Source: Bacteroidota bacterium (GTDB lineage: Bacteria; Bacteroidota; Bacteroidia; Chitinophagales; BACL12). From it: a stretch of DNA of 64,000 bases. The translations under genes were made by a program, and so were the position numbers. The notes beneath the pieces are model-generated. The model had not been told where the DNA came from. It saw only the letters and a list, made by a program, of their open reading frames with translations, and searched no databases. The stretch is taken from the NCBI GenBank assembly GCA_016124275.1, contig WGOA01000037.1:2690-66689 (forward strand). Reading direction: 5' to 3'. This document shows, one piece after another, positions 57,201 through 64,000 of this stretch (the stretch's first letter is position 1; the number at the start of each line of letters is the position of its first letter).

Positions 57201-57632
57201 GGTAGCACAATTGAACTGATTAACCCTGGTCCGAACATTGCCCGTAAAGGTGGCCGTCCATTGAATCTTGGGATCATCGCCACATCGATCGTCACTGTAG
57301 CAAAGGCGTGTTCCGCTGGTGTTGTAGAGCGTCAGTTGCGCGTCGTAAGGAGCGTTTCCCCCGTCAGCGGCGCACAACGACCATTCGTAGGTATTGCCTG
57401 CAATTACACTGTACTCCTGCCATTCTCCCGCATAAATGAGGGTGGAAACCGTTGTCCAAGAGGAGGAGGTCGTTGAAAAAACGCCTCCAGGAAATTGTGA
57501 ACCACCAAATGTGCAGCCTCCCCCCAAGCACTGCCCTGCCTGACCAAAGGCCCCTGCGGCAGGCTGGAACACCATGGCGCTCAACAACAGGCAAGCGAGT
57601 ACGCCAGCGGGAAGGCGTTTGGTACTTATCAT
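54204..57632 (-). CDS. Very large secreted HYR-domain / Ig-like repeat protein with a T9SS C-terminal sorting domain
   Basis: Start at MISTKRLPAGVLACLLLSAMVFQPAAGA. HYR-like modules are CPSNITVNAEAGYCEAYVNY and CPSNISVVSNEPDCGGRVVTY...CSFTVTVVDNQAP. The C-terminus WSVFPNPAFDQAMVNVTL...IRLVDALGQV...GFYQVWCTV is CTD-like. Confidence 0.75.
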   Translation of the reverse strand: MISTKRLPAGVLACLLLSAMVFQPAAGAFGQAGQCLGGGCTFGGSQFPGGVFSTTSSSWTTVSTLIYAGEWQEYSVIAGNTYEWSLCAADGGNAPYDAQLTLYNTSGTRLCYSDDRCGDDPKIQWTATFTGNVRTRVNQFNCATNATFTTLVWRMFNCQTAINIPSLPVVGQALSCASANYLNAHTVPATCGGAGNVYKGGNEALYTFSPTTSGSYTISISGQTWTSIFLYSGSCPANGGTCIGSVGSDLSAKSVVVTLTAGITYYLWFDTWPTPNSPCPGTFSITPNGPANDACASATALSAGSTAATTVSASGTDQSTCGFSDTEDVWYTATNSSTVARRFTVSTGSSSFDPVLAMYSGTCAGLTELGCDDDGGPGAESLLVVDCIQPGQTVYIRLSGFNGSEGTTTLNLSSTPDPVAPTLSCPSNITVNAEAGYCEAYVNYLPPWADSSGAGNYTGGGILYDPIPGTGTSVTLSDDQVSGAIPIGFSFNFYGSSYTNVYVSSNGFLSFDASAPNGCCSGQNIPDAAAPNNLIAFAWEDLNPSLGGSIQYFTTGSAPNRIFVLNFNAIQHHPGGNPVTAQVQLQEGVGVIEIHTTSMPSDGGNHTMGIENATGMAATFVTGRRASNWSTSNEGIQFVPPNNTADDCGLAFTEQTAGVGFSGFFDVGTTTETYRITDLAGNTQTCSFTVTVVDNQAPFVNICPSNISVVSNEPDCGGRVVTYTQQFGDNCHGFVSGSLGTGLASGSVFPIGTTPVSWSFNDGNGNPTATCSFNVTVTEPTVLSSELNLTNGCATCSVSDGQTRTFYDQSGNYLMSVEDDLALPSALGNTTVCNLAAAAPTADDELGNPVPVLGRFWRVTPAVNGPADLTVHFTTAEYDAMRTHPSATGIYAISALDDLCFTRYPNGTPPGYASPGGLAVPVNSIVNNGDGTISAELDMAGFSDIYCHACNPFGGPLPVTLLSFTGQREGNANVLRWVTATESGVSHFELERASVDGAFSTIAQVPAAGFSTQQLRYAFDDRDFPVGGQFYRLRTVDLDGTGALSQIIYLDEAAGQTLKWSVFPNPAFDQAMVNVTLPKDAALRIRLVDALGQVRFEQQVIAQAGEFQVPINVANLPEGFYQVWCTVEGGIHSALPLFKGQP

Positions 57633-57983
57633 AGAAAAAAACAATGCCAAATGGTATGGAAGTTTGTTAACAGACGTTTCCCAATTGTTCTCCCGTCCTG
57701 AATAATGGGTGCTTAATTCGGTTTCCATGGCAAAAGAGTTAAGAGGTGCATAATGCACCAACTTGATTGTTCTCCCCTCAATCGCTTTCCTAAGGTAGGG
57801 ACAGAAACATGAAAAATGAAACTGTTTATTAAATTAATTGCCTATGCATAGACCTGGGCCTACTAAATCCTTTTCATAGCACGGCTAAAAAAATGTGTGA
57901 AAGGCCGGAAACACTGGCCAAGACATGCCTCGTCTGCCTCAGAGTTGTTACTTTAGGCCGTTGATTCTAAACTAAGGGATATC

Positions 57984-58826
57984 ATGAGCTACGGACTGTT
58001 AAAAGGGAAAAAAGGCATCATTTTTGGCGCCCTGGACGAGCAAAGCATCGCCTGGAAGGTGGCTTTGAAAGCGCATGAAGAAGGGGCTCGATTCACGCTC
58101 ACAAATGCACCGGTTGCGATGCGAATGGGCAAAATCAAGGAATTGGGGCAGGCGTGCGATGCGCCAATCATCGGGGCTGACGCTACCAGCGTCGAAGACC
58201 TGGAAAAACTCTTTCGCGAATCCATGGATGCGCTGGGGGGAAAACTGGACTTTGTGTTGCATTCTATTGGTATGTCGCCGAATGTGCGCAAAGACCGCCA
58301 CTACACCGATCTGAATTACGATTGGTACCTCAAAACCTTGGATATCAGCGCTTTATCCTTTCACAAAGTGCTTCAGACGGCCCTAAAACTGGACGCCATG
58401 AACGACTGGGGCTCGGTGGTGGCCCTCAGCTACATTGCCGCCCAGCGCACTTTCCCCAGCTACAATGACATGGCGGAAGCCAAAGCCACCCTGGAATCCA
58501 TCGGGAGGAGCTTCGGCTACCATTTCGGCAAGCGCAACAAGGTGAGAATCAACACAATATCTCAGTCGCCGACCGTTACCACGGCCGGATCGGGCATCGA
58601 AGGCTTTGACGTGTTCTTCCACTTTGCCGACAAAATGTCGCCACTGGGCAATGCGCCTGCTGACGACTGTGCCGGCTTGTGCATGTTCCTGTTTAGCGAC
58701 TTGAGCCGGAGCGTTACCATGCAGAACCTCTACAACGATGGGGGCTTTAGCTCGGTAGGGGTATCGGAAGAGATCATGGAAATGCTGGGCGAGACCATGA
58801 AAGCCAAGGCCGGCCTGCAGCCCTGA
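57984..58826 (+). CDS. fabI: Enoyl-[acyl-carrier-protein] reductase (NADH), FabI type
   Basis: LLKGKKGIIFGALDEQSIAWKVA, the Y...YN.M..AKA catalytic region, and INTISQSP. Confidence 0.85.
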   Translation: MSYGLLKGKKGIIFGALDEQSIAWKVALKAHEEGARFTLTNAPVAMRMGKIKELGQACDAPIIGADATSVEDLEKLFRESMDALGGKLDFVLHSIGMSPNVRKDRHYTDLNYDWYLKTLDISALSFHKVLQTALKLDAMNDWGSVVALSYIAAQRTFPSYNDMAEAKATLESIGRSFGYHFGKRNKVRINTISQSPTVTTAGSGIEGFDVFFHFADKMSPLGNAPADDCAGLCMFLFSDLSRSVTMQNLYNDGGFSSVGVSEEIMEMLGETMKAKAGLQP

Positions 58827-58920
58827 GCTAACCTCCAAGCTCAGGACCTACCGCCCAGCCCTGAGTAAACCGCCCAGCCCTGAGCTACCCTCCCAGCCCA
58901 GGACCAACCGCCCAGCTCTG
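58818..58920. repeat. C-rich degenerate repeats that duplicate the fabI 3' end and stop: CAGCCCTGAG x3, ACCGCCCAG x3, CAGGACC(T/A)ACCGCCCAG x2
   Basis: Read directly. The first CAGCCCTGAG copy contains the fabI stop TGA (58824-58826). Confidence 0.85.
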
Positions 58921-59099
58921 CGGCTTGCAGATTGTTGAAAAACCAGGCCGTTTTACCGTATCTTATTGCCTGATCGCGAGGTCCGGTTATGCCGGGTTCG
59001 CGTTAATTTCACGCACTGCCGTTGGCGGAAGGATTTTGATTGCGCGGATTGCCGCAACAGGAACCGAAAGCCCTTCGCCCGACAGCTACTTACGCAACC

Positions 59100-60344
59100 A
59101 TGGCATTATCTTTTACGCGTTTTGTACCCCCTGCTCAGGAAGGCGGAAATGGGGTTGAAAGAAAAGACTGGCTGGCTATTGCCGCCAAGCACGCCGATGA
59201 CTTTAAGCCACACCTGAGCCGCTTTGACCGGGAAAACAAGTTTCCCTTCGAGCACGTGGATGCGGTGAAGGCCTCCGGCTATTCCACTCTGACGGTGCCC
59301 GCTGAACTCGGCGGAGGCGGCGCGGATGTGGCTACATTAGTGCAATGCCAGCACCGTTTGGCGCAAGGAGACGGGCCGTTTACCGTAGCCTTTAACATGC
59401 ACCTGTTCAACGTGGCCATGCGCTCCGACTTTTATCGGCTGGGCGACACCCGGCAGAAAGCGTTTCTGGAAGCCGTGGTGCATAAGCATTGGATCGTCGG
59501 GGCCAGCACCAGCGATTACCAGGCGAATACTTCTGTAAGCGTAAGCGGCATTAACGATACGGCCCGCACGGCTGTGCTTGAAGACGGATTTTTTCGCATC
59601 AATGGAAAGAGCACCTTCGGCACCCTCTGCGAAGTGGCCGATTATTTTGGCTCCAGCGCCTGCTACGAAGACCCGGTGCGTGGCACCCGTGTCCTGAACT
59701 TCCAGGTGCCGCTCACCGCACCCGGCGTGGAGATCCTGCGCAACTACGACACCATGAGCATTCGTGCGTCTGCCAGCCATGACGTGGTTTGGAACAACGT
59801 ATTGGTGCCCCAGGAAGCCGTAGTGGACCGCCCGGTGCGCACCTGGGACCGCTTCAACAACATCTTCTTTGCCTGGTTCTCGCCGGCCATCAGCGCCTGC
59901 TACCTGGGCATAGCCCGCGCCGCCCGCGACTATGCCGTAGCGAAGGTGCAGAAGCGCACACAAAAGCCCTTCGACCAACCCATGAGCCATTACCCCGGCA
60001 ATCAGATTCTGGCCGGAGAAATGGAGGTGGAATTGCGCGTCGCCATGAGCATGCTCGAAGCCACCGCCGCAAAATTGGACACGGCCGAAAAACGCGCTAA
60101 CCCACCCGTAGAAGATCTGGTGGCGTGCCAGCGCTACTGCACCGAAACCGCCATTAGCATCGTGGACAAAGCCATGCGCATGGCCGGAGGAAGCGCCATT
60201 GTGCGCACTGAGCCGCTGGAACAGCATTACCGCGACGTTCGCGCTGCCATCATCCACCCGCCATGGTCGGGCTATGAAGGCGCCGCCATGCTCGGTAAAC
60301 TGGTGTTTGGCATCAAGCTGGACCAGATTCCGCGCTGGGTGTAG
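59100..60344 (+). CDS. Acyl-CoA dehydrogenase family protein
   Basis: The internal ATG at 59100 gives MALSFTRF. It has the domain layout and the C-terminal YRDVRAAIIHPP typical of ACAD-fold flavoproteins. Confidence 0.7.
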   Translation: MALSFTRFVPPAQEGGNGVERKDWLAIAAKHADDFKPHLSRFDRENKFPFEHVDAVKASGYSTLTVPAELGGGGADVATLVQCQHRLAQGDGPFTVAFNMHLFNVAMRSDFYRLGDTRQKAFLEAVVHKHWIVGASTSDYQANTSVSVSGINDTARTAVLEDGFFRINGKSTFGTLCEVADYFGSSACYEDPVRGTRVLNFQVPLTAPGVEILRNYDTMSIRASASHDVVWNNVLVPQEAVVDRPVRTWDRFNNIFFAWFSPAISACYLGIARAARDYAVAKVQKRTQKPFDQPMSHYPGNQILAGEMEVELRVAMSMLEATAAKLDTAEKRANPPVEDLVACQRYCTETAISIVDKAMRMAGGSAIVRTEPLEQHYRDVRAAIIHPPWSGYEGAAMLGKLVFGIKLDQIPRWV

Positions 60345-60431
60345 TCAACGGCATGTCTTCAAGCCTCCTAGCCTGCGCTAAGCCCTAATCTTGTCTGGAT
60401 TGGAGGTATTTAGGGGCATGCTCGCTTCTCC

Positions 60432-61613
60432 ATGACCTGTTTCGTGGAAGAGCCATTACTTTTGGGTGTGGTTATCCCCTCACCCAATTCAACCCGATTG
60501 AAAACTTCACGCTTCTGCCTTGCGCTTCTGGTCATGGTGCTTTCTGGCCTGACCAGCTGCTACTTGTACCCCTACGGTGGTGCCGGTGGTGGCAATGGTC
60601 CCGGAAAACAACCCGGTACCTCTACTTCGCCCGAAGGCTGCCGCAAAAAACTGAACATGGTCAACGACTGCCTGGGACCCTTTTTGCCGGAAGCTGCCTT
60701 GGCTAACGAAGCAGCGAAACAAGGCTTTACCATTGAGCGGTTTGACTATGCGGCTCCTGCGCAAAATGCTAAAGGAGAATGTCAAACCCGTTATATGAAC
60801 TATTTTGTTCCATCGGGCAAACCCAAAGGGCTCTTCTTTTACTTTCACGGGGGAGGGGGTGATGTTGGCTCCGCAGACTACACGGATATTCTTCAGAGCT
60901 GCGCGGACTTGTGTAAGAAAGGTTATGTTGTTGCCGACATCGAATACCGCCGCGGCTGGACGGGCTCTGCCCCTCTGGACCAGTGGTGCGAGGAGCGCGA
61001 CCCACACAAAGAGTCCGCTGCCAATTACGATCGATCGCGCATATCCGCACATTTATCTTTTGAAGACGCGGAACTGGCCGTTCGCTTTGCTTATCAAAAA
61101 GCTAAGGCAAGTTATGGTGTGTTACCCACCTATACCTCCGGCACATCGTTTGGCGGCACCCTGGCCAGCTACGTCGGCTACGGCACCCCCAACCTGGCGC
61201 GAGAAGTAAACTTGAAGGGCGTGCTAAACCAGTACGGCGGTCTGTCCGTGCAAGATCCCCTCTACGCCACGGTGCCCTACTACGGTGCCGGTGGCGTCCT
61301 GGATGACTTGGTGCCCTTTTGGGAAGGGCCCACGTTTGTATCCCCAGATGGCGAGCCCATTTACGGCGTTGGCGGACTAGGCGAGAAATTGCGCAGCAAA
61401 GGGGTAGACGCTTTTATTGCCGCCACCTGCAACATGGGGCATAGTCGCGGTGCCATCAGCGAATCGGAGCTGGTGGACGATTTCCTGCTCTGGCTCAAAA
61501 ATCCCCGCAACGCCACCACATTTGTTGAACGAACAGGCGGCAAAGGGCTGGCCTCCGAATCCGCTGACTCCTGCAACGTGGCCTGGCAGCAATTGAGCAT
61601 TCAGCAGCGGTAG
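60432..61613 (+). CDS. Esterase/lipase-type alpha/beta hydrolase, probable lipoprotein
   Basis: FYFHGGGG (oxyanion HGGG) and GTSFGG (GxSxG). A TTG at 60498 would give (M)KTSRFCLALLVMVLSGLTSC, a cleaner lipoprotein signal than the ATG at 60432. Confidence 0.65.
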   Translation: MTCFVEEPLLLGVVIPSPNSTRLKTSRFCLALLVMVLSGLTSCYLYPYGGAGGGNGPGKQPGTSTSPEGCRKKLNMVNDCLGPFLPEAALANEAAKQGFTIERFDYAAPAQNAKGECQTRYMNYFVPSGKPKGLFFYFHGGGGDVGSADYTDILQSCADLCKKGYVVADIEYRRGWTGSAPLDQWCEERDPHKESAANYDRSRISAHLSFEDAELAVRFAYQKAKASYGVLPTYTSGTSFGGTLASYVGYGTPNLAREVNLKGVLNQYGGLSVQDPLYATVPYYGAGGVLDDLVPFWEGPTFVSPDGEPIYGVGGLGEKLRSKGVDAFIAATCNMGHSRGAISESELVDDFLLWLKNPRNATTFVERTGGKGLASESADSCNVAWQQLSIQQR

Positions 61614-61716
61614 TTCGGGTGAAGGGGGACTGTTTTTTACGTCAGGCTTTCGCTTAAGTCTGTAAATTTGGAGTTATGCTTCAAGATTACAGGCTTCTTA
61701 TCCCAAGGGCAGCGTC

Positions 61717-62085
61717 ATGTCAACAGTAGAAACGTTCATTCAATCCTATTCCCCAGGCGTTCAGGAAGTCTTCCACTACCTGCGCAACCTGGCCCAGGAA
61801 CTGCTTCCGGACGCTGAAGAAATCCTTTACGAAGGCTGGAAAAACGTCAGCTACGGCACCGGCGAAAGCCGCTCCGACAAAGACCTGATTCTGTACATCG
61901 CCCCGTTCAAAGACAGCGTCAACCTTGGCTTCTTTCGCGGTACCCTACTACCTGACGAAAAACAACGCTTGAAAGGAACAGGGAAACTGCTGCGGCACGT
62001 AAAGCTCAAGCGAGTAAACGAATTGCCAGAGGCGGAGATCAGGGAGTTGATTGTTGCGGCGAGGAAGGAGCGGTTGGGCAAGTGA
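61717..62085 (+). CDS. DUF1801 (YdhG-like) domain protein
   Basis: FIQSYSPGVQEVFHYLRNLAQELLPDAEE...VSYG...DSVNLGF fits the DUF1801 pattern. 122 aa. Confidence 0.6.
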   Translation: MSTVETFIQSYSPGVQEVFHYLRNLAQELLPDAEEILYEGWKNVSYGTGESRSDKDLILYIAPFKDSVNLGFFRGTLLPDEKQRLKGTGKLLRHVKLKRVNELPEAEIRELIVAARKERLGK

Positions 62086-62357
62086 GGTTGGTTGCTTGAG
62101 GATTTCTGTGTTGACTATTCCGGTGGAACAGAACCGATTGTTTCGGTCTAACCTGACCTAATTTTTGGAAACGCGACCCAAGATACACCAATATAGCTTT
62201 GTGCTTCAGTAGTTTATGAGTGCTTGCCGAGAGTTTTGTCATGGTATTGCTTTACTCAACTACCATAAAAGTCAAGCAATAGCCTTACCAAATACTTGCT
62301 ATAGTCAAGTTTAAGCTTTACTTTTGCTCTATCAAAGTATATCTATAGCTTTACTTA

Positions 62358-62822
62358 ATGAGCAAACAATCCTTGCAATTACAACAGCTCAACAGCAAAA
62401 TGCAGCGCTTTGCCGCCCTAAAGCAGGTGGCCATGCCACCCACCGGATGGATAAAAGCCATCCGTACTGCTTTGGGCATGTCTATGCAGCAACTGGGCAA
62501 CAAGTTGAATATCTCCAAACAGGGTGTGATGGACATGGAACTGCGGGAAAAAAACGGCTCGATAACCTTGAAATCCCTGCGCGAAACTGCCCGTGCTATG
62601 GATATGCAATTAGTGTATGGTTTTGTGCCCAATGATGGATCACTGGATGCCCTTATTGAAAAACGTGCCACCGAACTGGCCACGCAAATTGTAATGCGTA
62701 CCGCCAATACCATGAAGCTTGAAGACCAAGCCAATTCAAAAAAACGGATTGAAACCGCTATCAAGGAAAGGACAACAGCCATTAAAAACGAAATGCCCAA
62801 AATCCTATGGGATTTGCGTTAA
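62358..62822 (+). CDS. XRE-type HTH protein ('mobile mystery protein A'-like)
   Basis: PPTGWIKAIRTALGMSMQQLGNKLNISKQGVMDMELRE is an HTH_XRE pattern with the N-terminal context typical of TIGR02612-type proteins. The gene overlaps its Fic partner by 16 nt. Confidence 0.7.
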   Translation: MSKQSLQLQQLNSKMQRFAALKQVAMPPTGWIKAIRTALGMSMQQLGNKLNISKQGVMDMELREKNGSITLKSLRETARAMDMQLVYGFVPNDGSLDALIEKRATELATQIVMRTANTMKLEDQANSKKRIETAIKERTTAIKNEMPKILWDLR

Positions 62823-63403
62823 ACTACATCGATGGCCAAACCCCGTTAGATGAAGAAGAGAAAGAAGGTCTGCTCATTCCCACTATTGCCACCCGAAGTG
62901 AGTTAGACGAATTTGAACAACAGAATATTGAACAGGCCATTCAGTGGACACTGGGGCGCTCTTTAAAGCCGCATACCATTTTCACCGAAGCGTTCATCCG
63001 CATGGTGCATAAACGCATGTATGCTGATGTCTGGGCATGGGCTGGAGCATTTCGCAAGACTAACAAGAATATTGGCACGGACAAATGGCTAATACCCATC
63101 GAGTTGAGGTACCTGATGGATGACATTCGCTATTGGCACCAAAACAATACCTACCCACCTGATGAACTCGCCGTGCGGTTCAAACACCGCCTTGTAAGCA
63201 TCCATTGTTTCCCCAATGGCAACGGGAGGCATAGCCGCCTCATGGCCGACATCATCATTGAGAAAATCTACGAGCAACCTGTATTCACTTGGGGTGCCGC
63301 GAACCTATCCAGCGAAGGTGACGCCCGTGCAGCATACCTCAAAGCCTTAAAAGCAGCCGACCAAAGCGAATTCAACTCGCTCCTGGCCTTTGCCCGTTCT
63401 TGA
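62807..63403 (+). CDS. Fic/DOC family protein ('mobile mystery protein B'-like)
   Basis: Fic active-site motif HCFPNGNGRHSR (HxFxxGNGRxxR). ~198 aa. Always paired with the HTH partner in this family. Confidence 0.8.
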   Translation: MGFALNYIDGQTPLDEEEKEGLLIPTIATRSELDEFEQQNIEQAIQWTLGRSLKPHTIFTEAFIRMVHKRMYADVWAWAGAFRKTNKNIGTDKWLIPIELRYLMDDIRYWHQNNTYPPDELAVRFKHRLVSIHCFPNGNGRHSRLMADIIIEKIYEQPVFTWGAANLSSEGDARAAYLKALKAADQSEFNSLLAFARS

Positions 63404-63591
63404 TACTTTATTTGATGGACATTCGGTTGCCCCTACCGGAGAGGTTTGGACTGTTGTCTTCGATTCGGATGGTAGAAATGGGAGAGGGATGTTGTACGCT
63501 TTGCAAACAGTGCATTCCAGTAAAAAAAGCTGGTAAGGCTATTTATACTTTTTTTAATTAATAGTAACACGATGTATTTTTAGTTTAGTGC
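63404..63591 (+). promoter_or_regulatory. Flank of the CRISPR array with an AT-rich proximal ~70 nt (candidate leader)
   Basis: atttatactttttttaattaatagtaacacgatgtatttttagtttagtg lies immediately before repeat 1. No ORF. Confidence 0.4.
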
Positions 63592-64000
63592 CTTTCGATT
63601 TGCTTTCACCTTGAACGAAATGTATTTTGTGTCGGACCCGAAAAGGATATGGACATTTTTGCTGCATAGTTCCGATTTGCTTTCACCTTGAACGAAATGT
63701 ATTTTGTGTCGGACCGGTAACCGATTCACTGTAAAGCTCTTCGCCGTTCCGATTTGCTTTCACCTTGAACGAAATGTATTTTGTGTCGGACCACATTTAC
63801 CACCACACAAACCACAGACCATGTTCCGATTTGCTTTCACCTTGAACGAAATGTATTTTGTGTCGGACCCGGTTGTAAAGATAAAGACATTTTTAAGACG
63901 TTCCGATTTGCTTTCACCTTGAACGAAATGTATTTTGTGTCGGACCACAAATTGTTTTACGATGGTTTACCACTTGGTTCCGATTTGCTTTCACCTTGAA
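63592..64000 (+). CRISPR. CRISPR array with a 47-bp repeat GTTCCGATTTGCTTTCACCTTGAACGAAATGTATTTTGTGTCGGACC and 30-bp spacers; 5 full repeats plus 1 truncated by the window end
   Basis: Repeats are at 63592-63638 (positions 1 and 4 differ: CTTT instead of GTTC), 63669-63715, 63746-63792, 63823-63869, 63900-63946 and 63977-64000 (partial). Five unique 30-bp spacers lie between them, giving an exact 77-bp period. Confidence 0.95.

Noticed and set aside
63404-63591. Search for a tracrRNA anti-repeat, or an older decayed repeat (e.g. gtcttcgattcgg at 63456), in the array flank
   Set aside because: Only 5-9 nt patches match the repeat or its complement, and alignments drift out of register. I saw no convincing anti-repeat anywhere in the window by eye. 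A computational search with the reverse-complemented repeat is still needed.
63704-63999. Three track ORFs (63704..63922 +, 63781..63999 +, 63760..63948 -) with repeated peptide FAFTLNEMYFVSD
   Set aside because: They are translations of the CRISPR repeats themselves. The same peptide recurs every 77 bp, so they are not genes.

Overview
GC-rich bacterial chromosomal segment, roughly mid-to-high 50s % GC by eye (not computed). The gene content points to Bacteroidota: TonB-dependent receptors with CarboxypepD_reg-like N-termini, several secreted proteins ending in T9SS-type C-terminal sorting domains, a DUF4835 gene, and the bamD-rpoZ-coaBC-DUF4835-recN block. Most of the window is ordinary housekeeping or envelope coding sequence: accA, dapA, fabI, aroE, recN, rmuC, tesB, proline dehydrogenase, an ALDH7-type dehydrogenase, and a glycan/envelope cluster at about 4-16 kb. 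The accessory content sits in three visibly AT-richer patches. (1) 21.9-23.15 kb holds a RES toxin / DUF2384 antitoxin pair. (2) 39.85-42.4 kb, close to tRNA-Asp, holds a signal-peptide-plus-CTD-only mini-protein and a 480-aa helical orphan. (3) 62.1-64.0 kb holds an overlapping HTH/Fic pair ('mobile mystery proteins A/B') followed directly by a CRISPR array that runs off the window end. That array has a 47-bp repeat, 30-bp spacers and at least 6 repeats. No cas gene is visible anywhere in the 63.5 kb upstream. The array looks like a Bacteroidota type II-C array, and each repeat carries a near-consensus Bacteroidetes -33/-7 promoter. Also notable are four C-rich degenerate short tandem repeats placed right after stop codons, an in-frame (GGT/GCT)26 microsatellite inside a GH36 gene, and an uncharacterised 405-aa protein translationally coupled into the glycan cluster. 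I cannot show from sequence alone that any of these is a genuinely new system. The CRISPR/HTH-Fic edge and the low-GC islet are the best places to look. All function calls rest on motif recognition in the translated ORFs, not on database searches.
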